From an uncultured archaeon (lineage in GTDB: Archaea; Asgardarchaeota; Lokiarchaeia; Sigyniarchaeales; SOKP01), in NCBI GenBank assembly GCA_964583985.1, contig CAZOYD010000004.1:18809-82808 (forward strand): a stretch of 64,000 bases of DNA, given 5' to 3'. Below the pieces are notes generated by a model. It saw nothing but the letters and a program-made list of their open reading frames with translations. It had not been told where the DNA came from and did no database searches. Positions 1-9,814 of the stretch are shown piece after piece (within the stretch, counting starts at the first letter, position 1; every line of letters starts with the position of its first letter). Position numbers and translations under genes: made by a program.

Positions 1-117
1 TCAATTAAAATGAATATGAAACTTAGCATGAAAATTGAAAATGATGCAAAAGTTAGAATTAAATTCATCATAATAAAAAAATTACATCGAAATCTTTTAT
101 AAATCTTATGCTATGTA

Positions 118-1095
118 CTAGAGATAATTAGCTTCTTTTAAGTTTTGAAAGATTCTTTTTTTAATATCAGAAACTTCTGCTTTAAATTCTACACCAGCGA
201 TTTTTTTGTAACTCATCATATATCGTTTTGCTAATTCGATTTTGATATCTGCGGATATAGGTGGGATTTCTTGATCGGGCTTTATATTTGGAAAAATTTC
301 AGGATAGGTTGACATTAACCACCCTCGAAATATTTCTTTATCCAGAATCTCTGGTTCTTCTTCTTTATTAAATAATTCATCATAGCTATTGAAGATCCAA
401 AATCGTGAAGAATCTTGAGTATGAATCTCATCAATTACCATTAATTCTCCATCTTTTAATCCAAATTCATACTTTGTATCAACTAAAATCAAACCATTTT
501 TCTCACAATATTTGGAACCAAATTCAAAAAGCTTCAAGGCAGCTTCTTCCATCTGTTTATAAATATCTTTATCAACTATCTTCTCATTTAGTATCTTTTT
601 TTTTGAAATGTAGATGTCATGTCCAGATATAGCTTTAGTGGATGGTGTTAATAAGGGGGCATCAAGTTTTTGGTTCTTTTTCAATCCATGAGGTAATTCA
701 ATACCAGAAGTATTTTCCCCTTTAAGATAATTGCGCCATGCTGTACCGGTAATATATTGCCTGACAATCATCTCTACAGGAATCAGTTGGCATTGATGTA
801 CTACAGTCACATTAGGATCTGGTACATCAATAACATGATTTCTAACTAAATCTTTAGTCTTCTCGAACCAGAAAGCAGATAATTGGTTAAGCATTTGGCC
901 TTTAAATGGGATCGTGGTAATGACCCTATCAAAAGCAGATAATCTATCAGTGGCAATTATTATCCTTTTATCATCTTGAATATAATTGTCACGTACTTTT
1001 CCTTGATATAACCTTCCAATGGAAGCAAAATTTGTGGTATCTAAGGTTTTATCCAATTGCCTTCTTATGATTTCTTCTAAATTATCAAATGCCAT
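118..1095 (-). CDS. purC: SAICAR synthase (phosphoribosylaminoimidazole-succinocarboxamide synthase), long Ade1-like form
   Basis: ORF 118..1110. Motifs GKVRDNY, ATDRLSAFD, LSAFWF..VRNHVID, LIPVEMIVRQYITGTAW, TPSTKA, VDTKYEFG, QDSSRFW. ATG at 1095 preferred over the TTG at 1110. Confidence 0.9.
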   Translation of the reverse strand: MAFDNLEEIIRRQLDKTLDTTNFASIGRLYQGKVRDNYIQDDKRIIIATDRLSAFDRVITTIPFKGQMLNQLSAFWFEKTKDLVRNHVIDVPDPNVTVVHQCQLIPVEMIVRQYITGTAWRNYLKGENTSGIELPHGLKKNQKLDAPLLTPSTKAISGHDIYISKKKILNEKIVDKDIYKQMEEAALKLFEFGSKYCEKNGLILVDTKYEFGLKDGELMVIDEIHTQDSSRFWIFNSYDELFNKEEEPEILDKEIFRGWLMSTYPEIFPNIKPDQEIPPISADIKIELAKRYMMSYKKIAGVEFKAEVSDIKKRIFQNLKEANYL

Positions 1096-1186
1096 AATAA
1101 AATAAATCAAAAATCCAATAAAAAATTTTTATATATATTTCATATTGATATTATTAATCCAAAAATAAAGGAACTTTTATACCAAA

Positions 1187-1555
1187 TTATCTTTTATGAT
1201 AATTCCCATTGCTGAATTCTTCAATGGGATACTTATTTCTATTTTTTTTCATTTTATTTGCGAAAGCATCTGTGAGATCGATATTCAATCTATTTATAAG
1301 ACTGATCAGATAAATAAATATATCTGCGATTTCATCTGAAATATTTTCCAACAATATTGGATTTTCCTCGATTAATTGGATATCCAAATCCTTAAATAAA
1401 AAGATCTCGGAAAGCTCTGAAACTTCAATACCTAAAGCTTGAATTAAATTTTTAGGAGTATGATATTTCGTCCAATTTCGTTCGCTTACAAATTTATCTA
1501 CTTCTTTTTTAAAATGTATTAAATTTGTATTGGAATCATCTTGTTTAGATTTCAT
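1187..1555 (-). CDS. MazG-type (DCTPP1-like) nucleoside triphosphate pyrophosphohydrolase
   Basis: 122 aa. ERNWTKYHTPKNL, EVSELSEIF and DEIADIFIYL match the acidic metal-binding helices of single-domain all-alpha NTP pyrophosphatases. Confidence 0.75.
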   Translation of the reverse strand: MKSKQDDSNTNLIHFKKEVDKFVSERNWTKYHTPKNLIQALGIEVSELSEIFLFKDLDIQLIEENPILLENISDEIADIFIYLISLINRLNIDLTDAFANKMKKNRNKYPIEEFSNGNYHKR

Positions 1556-1599
1556 TTTTAGAAGCTCTAATCTAATAATAAGAAAAAATTATGTTATAG

Positions 1600-2436
1600 T
1601 CACTTTAGCTTGCTAATAAAATCATATATTAACCTATTAATGATCTCGGATCTTTGTGCTGGAGCGAAATGGCCTGCCATATCGATAATAATACAAGTGG
1701 AATTTGACAATTTTTTATGTAATTCCTCCGACATTTGTTCTGGCGCAAAATTATCTAATCTGCCACCAATAATTAATACAGGACACAAGATATTTGAGGG
1801 ATCATATTCAGTTATTTCATTGATCATAGTAAATATCTGATCCTCTATTATCATTGTCAATTCTTCCTTGTTACCTCTCATCCCATTCAAAGTGTCTGAA
1901 AGAGAAGTCAAGATATAAGGGAGAATTTTATCTAATAATTCTTCTACAGAGTTAGATACAACTCTCAAGAAATCCATGCGTATAAAATATGGTAATAGAT
2001 TATAAAAAATATTACGTATAACATTATCAATCATAATATATCCGGAATTGAGTAATATAAGAAATTTAATATCTTTTGGATGTTTCATGCAAAAGAGTTG
2101 ACCGATCATTCCACCTACGAGAGAATGACCTATAATTCCATATTTCTCATTTACACATAAGTAACTCAATAAATCCTCCAAATCTCTTATGATATCATAT
2201 CGTAGATTTTTTGATAAATCAAGTTGTTTTGGATGGTCACTTCTTCCATGACCAAGAGCGTCAAACGCTATAATTCTATAATTTTCTTTCAGCATGCTAA
2301 TCTGATGTTTAAAAAAAGAGGCTGAAGAAGCAAAACCGTGCAATAAAATAATTGTGCCATCTGTTTGATGCTTTCTTTCTCCATTGATGTCTTCATAATA
2401 AAGATTATATCCCTCTTTGTTCTTAAAAAAAGGCAT
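1600..2436 (-). CDS. alpha/beta-fold hydrolase
   Basis: 278 aa. HG oxyanion motif (ILLHGFASS), nucleophile elbow GHSLVGG, C-terminal GHFAP histidine. Confidence 0.8.
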   Translation of the reverse strand: MPFFKNKEGYNLYYEDINGERKHQTDGTIILLHGFASSASFFKHQISMLKENYRIIAFDALGHGRSDHPKQLDLSKNLRYDIIRDLEDLLSYLCVNEKYGIIGHSLVGGMIGQLFCMKHPKDIKFLILLNSGYIMIDNVIRNIFYNLLPYFIRMDFLRVVSNSVEELLDKILPYILTSLSDTLNGMRGNKEELTMIIEDQIFTMINEITEYDPSNILCPVLIIGGRLDNFAPEQMSEELHKKLSNSTCIIIDMAGHFAPAQRSEIINRLIYDFISKLK

Positions 2437-2555
2437 GCGTATTTGTCTAGCGTTTTTGTAGTATAACTATGTAAATTTGGGATTCCAAAAATATTTTTCC
2501 AAATTTTTATTTAGCTAAGAATATCGAGGAAAACAATAGAAAAAAAGAAAAAAAA

Positions 2556-4019
2556 TTAAAAATTCTTTGTAACACGTTTTTTATCGTTCATTTCTAAAAC
2601 AGCTGGCATAAAAATTCTAACGAGTTTCTTATAAGTTTTTACAGTCTCTTTATCCGGAATTTTTTCTGCTGAAAACTTTACCATATTAGCGATAGCATCA
2701 TTTATATTCTTAAATCTTCCAGTTCCACAAAATCCTAATATACCTGCACCAACAGCAGCCCCATCTTTAATTTCCGGAACCAAAATTTTCTTGTCAAATA
2801 CATCAGCAAAAATTTGAGCCCAAAATCCACTATTCATGGCTCCGCCATCACATTTCAATTCTGTTGTTTTAATGCGTCCTATCCCTTCAAGCAAGTTCAA
2901 ATACATTTGACCCGCTAAAGCAGCACTTTCCATGATTGCTCTGGAAAAATGAGTTCTATCATGATGCCACCCTAAACCATGGATTGTTCCTTTTCTAAAA
3001 ATATAGAGGGGGATAAAAAGTAAACCATTACTTCCAGCGGGTGCTTGTTCTGCTTCTTTAGTCAATATATCATATACATCGATGCTAAGCTCTTCACTTT
3101 CTTTTAGTTGTAATTGAGAGAAATTTTTTGCATATGTTTGAAACATTGTACCAGTCCCCGGCATCACTCCTTCTAATACCCATTTACCTTTTAAAAGATG
3201 AGGATAAGTAAAAATAGGAAAATCTCCTGCAGCTCTAATTGGTTCATCAACAACATAATCCACAAATGTACCGGTACCCGTGGTAACTTTTGCTTGCCCC
3301 TTCTCAACAACACCAAGACCTAATGCCGCACATTGTTGATCACCCCCTCCTAAAATAATGGGTGTGTTTTGTTTCAATCCAAGCTCACTTGCTACATCGC
3401 TTGATAATTCTCCTATAATATCTCCTGGTGAATGTACTTCAGGCCATAATTCTACGGGCAATTCAAAAGCATCTGCAATTTGTTCGTCCCATTTTAATGA
3501 TCTAATATTTAGTATCCCATTTATACCATTTGTAGGATCTGTGACATATTCTCCACATAATTTCATGTAGGTATATGAATCAGGAGATATGATTTTATGG
3601 GCTTTGGCAAATAAATCAGGTTTATTGTTTTTTAACCACAATAATTTTGGAATTGAATTTCTCCAAGCTAATTCCTCATTGAAACCTTTGGCATCTGTTA
3701 ATTCTCTCTCATCCATCCAAGTTAGCGCAGGATGTAGAATTTCACCACTCTTGTTGATAATTGTTACTGTCGCTCGAGAAAATGAAGCAGAGATTCCAAC
3801 AATGTCCTCTGGATTAAATTTTCCACTCTTCACTACTGTTTTACATGTATTTTTAGTAGCTGCCCACCACACTCTTGGGTCCTGCTCAGAAATTCCTACT
3901 GGTTGCTTAGGAATTAAATATTCTTCATAAGCTTTTGATATTAACTTACCATTCATATCTAAAATGATTGTTCTAGTCCCAGTTGTCCCAATATCAAAAA
4001 CACATATTAAATCGTTCAT
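2556..4019 (-). CDS. FGGY-family carbohydrate kinase (xylulokinase / glycerol kinase-like)
   Basis: 487 aa. N-terminal FDIGTTGTR, GGGDQQCAALGLG, C-terminal DGGAMNSGFWAQIFADV. Confidence 0.85.
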   Translation of the reverse strand: MNDLICVFDIGTTGTRTIILDMNGKLISKAYEEYLIPKQPVGISEQDPRVWWAATKNTCKTVVKSGKFNPEDIVGISASFSRATVTIINKSGEILHPALTWMDERELTDAKGFNEELAWRNSIPKLLWLKNNKPDLFAKAHKIISPDSYTYMKLCGEYVTDPTNGINGILNIRSLKWDEQIADAFELPVELWPEVHSPGDIIGELSSDVASELGLKQNTPIILGGGDQQCAALGLGVVEKGQAKVTTGTGTFVDYVVDEPIRAAGDFPIFTYPHLLKGKWVLEGVMPGTGTMFQTYAKNFSQLQLKESEELSIDVYDILTKEAEQAPAGSNGLLFIPLYIFRKGTIHGLGWHHDRTHFSRAIMESAALAGQMYLNLLEGIGRIKTTELKCDGGAMNSGFWAQIFADVFDKKILVPEIKDGAAVGAGILGFCGTGRFKNINDAIANMVKFSAEKIPDKETVKTYKKLVRIFMPAVLEMNDKKRVTKNF

Positions 4020-4146
4020 ATATTCTCACTTAAATATTTGAAATAATAAATACTATTAATAATAATAAAATTAGACCTATTATTAATACAAATACTATTT
4101 ATGCAAATTTAGTCAACTATAGTTTAAAAACTGATTGTGAATTTAT

Positions 4147-5058
4147 ATGAAATCCATAAAAAATTTGAATATATATACGATTGTCGAAAATATGGTTGGA
4201 GGAAAAGGTTGGGGCTCTTGGGGGCTTTCATTCTTTTTAGAAATCGAAGATGCAAATGGTAATAACAAAAATGTACTGTTTGATGCTGGAGGAGATAAAG
4301 AAGTGTTCTTGCATAATTCAAAAATTTATAATATTGATCTTTCAAATATTGATGCAATTTTCCTTAGTCATGGTCATTGGGATCATTCAAGTGCGATTTT
4401 AGAAGTAGTTAAAGCTTCAGAAGGCGTAAAATTATATACACATCCTGAAGTATTTTCCCACAGGTTCCATGTTAATACGGATGGGGGAAAAAGAGAAAAT
4501 GGCATCCAAAAAGAGATTACTATAGCAGCAATTGAAGATCTTGGCGGTGAAATAATATTTAATTCAAAGTCAGTAGAAATTGTTCCCGGATTATGGACTA
4601 CAGGAGAAGTTGAAAGAATAAGTGGTTTTGAGACCCCCATGAGTCTTGGTGAAAATGACAAAATAGTGAAAATTATTGATGGAAAAGAAATCGAAGATGA
4701 TATAATTGATGATCAATCATTATGGGTTGATATTGAAGATATTGGACCCATCATTCTAACGGGGTGTGCACATGCTGGAGTTATAAACATTATTGAAAAA
4801 GTGAAGAAACTTAGTAATTTTCAGAAATTTTTCGGTTTAATAGGAGGGACCCATTTAGTTGGTCGTTCGGATGATTATATTAAAAAAACAATCCGAGGAT
4901 TAAAATCTCACAAATTTCAACTGCTCTCACCTTGTCATTGCACTGGATTCAAGGCAACTTGTATTTTATACAATAATTTTCAAGAAGAATTTCACCTAAA
5001 TTATTGTGGAAGGAAATTCGATCTAAGAAATATAAAATTAGATGATCAAATTTTCTGA
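4147..5058 (+). CDS. MBL-fold metallo-hydrolase (COG1237-like)
   Basis: 303 aa. VLFDAGG followed by LSHGHWDH (HxHxDH), later GCAHAG and GGTHL. Confidence 0.75.
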   Translation: MKSIKNLNIYTIVENMVGGKGWGSWGLSFFLEIEDANGNNKNVLFDAGGDKEVFLHNSKIYNIDLSNIDAIFLSHGHWDHSSAILEVVKASEGVKLYTHPEVFSHRFHVNTDGGKRENGIQKEITIAAIEDLGGEIIFNSKSVEIVPGLWTTGEVERISGFETPMSLGENDKIVKIIDGKEIEDDIIDDQSLWVDIEDIGPIILTGCAHAGVINIIEKVKKLSNFQKFFGLIGGTHLVGRSDDYIKKTIRGLKSHKFQLLSPCHCTGFKATCILYNNFQEEFHLNYCGRKFDLRNIKLDDQIF

Positions 5059-5068
5059 TCCTTATTAT

Positions 5069-6343
5069 TTATAAGCTTTTAGCCAAGAGTTCAGAGATAT
5101 CGAGTATTTTAGTTTTCTCTTTATCATCGCCTGTAATTCCATAGCCCAATCCTAGCTCACATAACGGACATGCAGAGACTATTACCCTTGATCCTGTTTC
5201 CTTAAGCTCTTTTATCCTATTAATCGCTTCTTTTATTGCTAAATCCTTATCTGCCCAATGAGCTGTTCCTGACCATCCACAACAATGTACATTTTCCTTG
5301 TTGTAAATTGGCTCAAAAACCTCCATATCGGGAATATTTTTTAAAATTGTTCTTAAGGACGTTGTATCGTTTAGATTCCGAGCAATCAAGCACGGATCGT
5401 GAATCGTTACTTTCAATAATTCATCAGATAGCTTATTCATTGGTTTTAATCTCCCGTTTTTTATGAGTTGAGTGAAATATTCTACAATGTGAATAATTTT
5501 GGCATTGATATCAATACTGGCAGTCTTATATTTCTTTGTTAGCGTTAGTACACAACCAGGACAATCCGATACTATCAATTTCGCTCCCGTTTTTTCAGCA
5601 AGATCCTTATTTTTTTGAGCGAAATCTTTTGCAGTTCCAAAATCTCTGATGTTAAATGCAGGTCCACCGCAACAAGCTCTGTGATCTAAATTGGTTGAGA
5701 ATTTAATGTTCAATTTTTTCAGGATCTCGATATTAGCTTTCACAACTTCGGGAAATTTCATCATTTCACAACCAATATAGTAATAAACCTCATCTTTTCC
5801 GTCAGTTTCTACATTTTCAATGCCTTTTTCTCTGTAAGTTAGGAATATGTTATGATCTTCAATGGTATTGGTTTTATGTAATTTATCTAGTTGTTGTTTA
5901 CAATATTCTGGCATTAACCCCTTATCATTTAGATCATCTCTAACGGTTTCAAGTAAAGAAACCACAGAAAAATCAAATGGACACCATACTTTACATGATT
6001 CTTCATTTGTACATTTGTACATCAAATCAATGAATGGTTTATTTTCTGTTTTCATAGGATCAATTTTACCCATAGATATATAGTATCCAATCCGAGCTTT
6101 ATACGAAGGACTCATGGTTTCCTTTTGCTCTGCTTGCAATGTTCCGCAATCGAATCGACACATATTTGGGCATAACATGCACTTGATTAAATCTTCCACA
6201 TTTGCCTTGAATTCTCCTTCAGGAAAGTAATTCTTCTTTTTATTACGAAAATTTTTCATGATGATCGATCGAGTTTGCCTATCTGCCATTTGAAGGAGTG
6301 GCATGATCCATTCATATTTTTTTAACGTTTCTTCTAATCCCAT
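5069..6343 (-). CDS. Fe-S oxidoreductase with two CCG domains (GlcF / HdrD / LutA-like)
   Basis: 424 aa. N-terminal Cys clusters CMLCPNMCRFDC and CTNEESCKVWCP. Two CCG motifs (RACCGGPAF, VHCCGWSG). Its start codon directly abuts the stop of the upstream FAD oxidase gene. Confidence 0.75.
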   Translation of the reverse strand: MGLEETLKKYEWIMPLLQMADRQTRSIIMKNFRNKKKNYFPEGEFKANVEDLIKCMLCPNMCRFDCGTLQAEQKETMSPSYKARIGYYISMGKIDPMKTENKPFIDLMYKCTNEESCKVWCPFDFSVVSLLETVRDDLNDKGLMPEYCKQQLDKLHKTNTIEDHNIFLTYREKGIENVETDGKDEVYYYIGCEMMKFPEVVKANIEILKKLNIKFSTNLDHRACCGGPAFNIRDFGTAKDFAQKNKDLAEKTGAKLIVSDCPGCVLTLTKKYKTASIDINAKIIHIVEYFTQLIKNGRLKPMNKLSDELLKVTIHDPCLIARNLNDTTSLRTILKNIPDMEVFEPIYNKENVHCCGWSGTAHWADKDLAIKEAINRIKELKETGSRVIVSACPLCELGLGYGITGDDKEKTKILDISELLAKSL

Positions 6344-7822
6344 TTAGATCTCACCTGTCTTCCAGGTTTCCTCATATATCTTACCTGGATTTAATATATT
6401 ATTAGGATCAAGTACTTTTTTTATTTCTTTAAGTGTTTCCAACCCTTTTCCCCATTCATTTATCATCCAATGAGATCGTGTAATCCCTATTCCATGATGA
6501 TGAGCAATCGAACCACCCGCATCGATAACTGCTTTAATTATCGTATTCCAACATTCTTGGTAAAATACGAAATCTGATTTATCCTTCGGTGGAACTCCTC
6601 CAAAAGAAAAGTAAATTCCTACTCCATTGGGATAAAAATGGGAGACATGTGCTGTTATCATGAGCATTCCAGGGAGTTCATTCGCTTTTTCTAATACACT
6701 ATGATAGATATTAGCAGCATTCTCCCATAATGAGGCAACTTCTATTGTATCAAACACGATTTTATATGGTGGCATGGATGACGTTTCGGTCACTCTAAAT
6801 CTAGATTCCATCCAATGTTCTACAGGGTGAATACCACAATCTATCCCTTTATTATCCACACATATCTTTCTTGTAAAGGATTCTTCTAAATCAACAAGTT
6901 CAGAATTACCTTCACACACAAATACAACCATGACCTTATCTTTTGAGAGCTCAACATTTGGAAAGTGACGAGATGTTTCAAAATTATCGTATATTCGAAT
7001 AACTGCAGGAAAAATGTGTTCTCTTAGTATTTTTCTGGTTGCTGTAAATGAATCTTCAATGGTCGGAAAAGCATAAGAGATAAATGTTCTTTTCGATGGA
7101 GAAGGCCAAATCTTTAGAGTTGCTTTAGTTACAATTCCAAGTGTTCCTTCTCCTCCAAAAAATAATTTATTAAGTTGAGGTCCAGTTGAAGCTCCTGGAA
7201 TGGGCTTAAATTCAATTATCTCTCCTAAAGGTAACACTACTCGCATTCCGATTACTATTTCCTCTATTTTTCCATATTTCGTGCTAAATTGACCAGCAGC
7301 TCGATGAGCAATCCATCCTCCTAATGATGATGTGTATAAAGATTGGGGGATATGACCCGCAGTATAACCCTTCTTATTTAAATATGTTTCTAAATTCATC
7401 CCATTTATCCCAGCTTGAGCAGTAACAGTTAAGTCAGTATCATTTATTTCAATTATATTACTTAACTTCTTCATATCGATTATAATTCCTCCTCTTATAG
7501 GAATTGCGCCCCCAACAACACCAGATCCCTCAGCAAAGGGAATTACTGGAACTTTTTCTTCATTTGCAATTTTGAGAATATCTGAGATCTGAAATTCATT
7601 TTCTGGCCAAGTTATGATGTGAGGAAGGGCCGCTATTTTATCTTCCATAGCCCAATTCATTCCGATCAGTGAAGCATCTCTTGTGTAAGCCAATAAATCA
7701 ATTTGCTCCGAAGATACGTTTTCTTTTCCAATAACTCCTTTTAATTTATTTTCAATCTCATCTTTATGCTTTATATCACAACGATCTTCCGTATAGATGA
7801 GCTCAAAACCCTTAAAATTCAT
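6344..7822 (-). CDS. FAD-linked oxidase (GlcD / D-lactate dehydrogenase family)
   Basis: 492 aa. FAD-binding PCMH-type region (VIPFAEGSGVVGGAIP), C-terminal AHHHGIG motif. Confidence 0.85.
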   Translation of the reverse strand: MNFKGFELIYTEDRCDIKHKDEIENKLKGVIGKENVSSEQIDLLAYTRDASLIGMNWAMEDKIAALPHIITWPENEFQISDILKIANEEKVPVIPFAEGSGVVGGAIPIRGGIIIDMKKLSNIIEINDTDLTVTAQAGINGMNLETYLNKKGYTAGHIPQSLYTSSLGGWIAHRAAGQFSTKYGKIEEIVIGMRVVLPLGEIIEFKPIPGASTGPQLNKLFFGGEGTLGIVTKATLKIWPSPSKRTFISYAFPTIEDSFTATRKILREHIFPAVIRIYDNFETSRHFPNVELSKDKVMVVFVCEGNSELVDLEESFTRKICVDNKGIDCGIHPVEHWMESRFRVTETSSMPPYKIVFDTIEVASLWENAANIYHSVLEKANELPGMLMITAHVSHFYPNGVGIYFSFGGVPPKDKSDFVFYQECWNTIIKAVIDAGGSIAHHHGIGITRSHWMINEWGKGLETLKEIKKVLDPNNILNPGKIYEETWKTGEI

Positions 7823-8066
7823 GATGTCTTAACCAATTAGTCAATAGGTTTAAAAATTAACGGAACCAAATTAACATTTTTAATATTGAATTTAATAAAA
7901 ATGAATCTACAATTAGAAAAAAGAGGGGTAATTTCTAAATCCATATCATGAGAATCCAATATCACTTAAAATTTCATTTTAACCTAATAAAATGAATATT
8001 ATGAATTTAGTAATTTTAATTTAAATTAATTAGGTTTATAAACGGAGTAAATTCGAGAAAAAAACT

Positions 8067-9545
8067 TTAATAATTTGTCTCTCCTGTCATTTTATTAATC
8101 TTAAGGTGCCTAAAACGCGCTTTAGTATTCACGATTTCTTGGCTATTTGTGACACGTTTAACTACTTCTTGCGGAAATAAATATTTTGCCAAATGAATGA
8201 TCATTTCCTTTGTTTCAATGCAATTAAATAATTTTAGGCTCTCAAATGAATAAAATAGCTCAGAAATAAGATCAAAATTCATATCTGCAGAGAAATCTAA
8301 GATTTCCAAGTTTCTATAAATTCTCGACATTATGCTAGTTAATAGATCAAGATCTTTAAGCTTGTCTAGCGTATTCATTACAAAATTATTAAATATAACA
8401 TAATATGTCGCTTCAGCAGAAATAAAACCATCTCGATATTGCTTTATTCCTTCGGGGGTGATTCTAGTTTCTATTTCATCCAAAATCGCTTCAGAGTTTT
8501 GTTCTACATTTTTTATGTTCAGTAAATGATACATTTTCAATATTACGACGAGTTGAGAAGTTTCCAGATTCTTTAAATATTGTGGTTCAAAAAATTTCTT
8601 CTCGGTTTCTAACAATCTGATTAATTGTTCTTGAGATAACCATATGTTCATCAAATTAGTTGATTTGACGTAATAATATAATCCATCTGTTGCTTCAACT
8701 AACGGTGATTCAAATTCATCAATTCCTTCTTCATAAAGATTTACAAGGAACTGCTTAACTTTTTCAATATCTAAAGAGCATCCGAGATATTTTGCTAAAT
8801 ACAATCCACAAAAATAAAGATCGGGATTTTGTAAAGTGACTAATGGGATTGTTACCAGCCACTCTTTCATGTTGTTTTCTAAATACTCTTTAATATGGGA
8901 AAAATCAAATTGATTTTCTAGATAAAAAAAACTGATGCTACGATATATTAAATATATTAATTGTAATTTATCTTTTGGTTCAGTCAAATCTTCTAAACTT
9001 TCAATGATTTTCTTGTTTTTATTTAACTTATTAATGTATTTATCTCTAACGTGTACATATTTTTTTAAATTTTCTTTTTTGCTCGGAAATTCGTCAATGA
9101 GCATTTTAAAATTCCGAAGTTCCATGATAAAATTTAATTCAAAGAAACCTTTTGATTTAAGGTTAAGTAGCAATGGAATTGCTTTGATATCAACAAAATA
9201 TTCAATAATCTTTTCCAAGAAGATCTCATATATGATCGGAGCGATTTTAACTTCGTACAAATCGAGATATGTTTCAATCGTTTCGAGTTCTGAATTATTT
9301 AATTCGAGAAAAGGATCCATGAACTTAATCTCTAATTCCGATTTTTCAAATCCTAACTCTATTAATTCTTTTTTGAGAATATTTAATAGATCCTTTAATT
9401 TTTTTTGTAAATCTCCATCAAGCTTAAGATCATTTTTGAATAAATTTTTTATTGTTTCATTAAAATAATTATCAATAGCATTATAAAACATATCAATTTC
9501 ATTTAGATATAAACTTAGAATATTAAAGATTCCTTGAAATATCAT
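8067..9545 (-). CDS. hypothetical protein, all-helical, no recognisable family
   Basis: 492-aa uninterrupted ORF in a stop-rich AT background. K/E/L/I/N-rich with no motif I recognise. Confidence 0.55.
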   Translation of the reverse strand: MIFQGIFNILSLYLNEIDMFYNAIDNYFNETIKNLFKNDLKLDGDLQKKLKDLLNILKKELIELGFEKSELEIKFMDPFLELNNSELETIETYLDLYEVKIAPIIYEIFLEKIIEYFVDIKAIPLLLNLKSKGFFELNFIMELRNFKMLIDEFPSKKENLKKYVHVRDKYINKLNKNKKIIESLEDLTEPKDKLQLIYLIYRSISFFYLENQFDFSHIKEYLENNMKEWLVTIPLVTLQNPDLYFCGLYLAKYLGCSLDIEKVKQFLVNLYEEGIDEFESPLVEATDGLYYYVKSTNLMNIWLSQEQLIRLLETEKKFFEPQYLKNLETSQLVVILKMYHLLNIKNVEQNSEAILDEIETRITPEGIKQYRDGFISAEATYYVIFNNFVMNTLDKLKDLDLLTSIMSRIYRNLEILDFSADMNFDLISELFYSFESLKLFNCIETKEMIIHLAKYLFPQEVVKRVTNSQEIVNTKARFRHLKINKMTGETNY

Positions 9546-9814
9546 GTAAATCTACCAGTAAATAAAAGAGAAATTCAATTTGAATAGTCTCATCTATTAA
9601 ATTTTAATATTCAATAGTAATAATATAAATTAATACTTTATTGTTATATAATCTGAAAAGGATACGGTTAAGATATTCTATTTATTGGGATTGAATAAGA
9701 TGATGGCATTCATTTTCACTAAACATCGTTGAAAAGGAACTTTTTATTAAGTTTAATACAAATGGATAATTCTAAAATCTAACAAAAGAAATTAATAAAT
9801 CACGTTGAAAATTA

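Noticed and set aside
3358-3930. Two plus-strand ORFs (70 and 113 aa) antisense to the FGGY kinase gene
   Set aside because: Both are nested in a gene with strong family motifs, and their translations have no recognisable features.
4124-4357. 77-aa minus-strand ORF overlapping the start of the MBL hydrolase gene
   Set aside because: It overlaps a motif-supported CDS, has an aromatic/low-complexity translation and no family resemblance.
8935-9468. 177-aa plus-strand ORF nested antisense inside the 492-aa gene 8067..9545
   Set aside because: It lies entirely inside a longer opposite-strand ORF. Its S/F/L/I/K-rich low-complexity translation is typical of the antisense of K/E/L/N-rich coding sequence. 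It has no motif and no SD-like sequence. It is still the longest antisense ORF in the window, so I flag it as rejected rather than ignore it.
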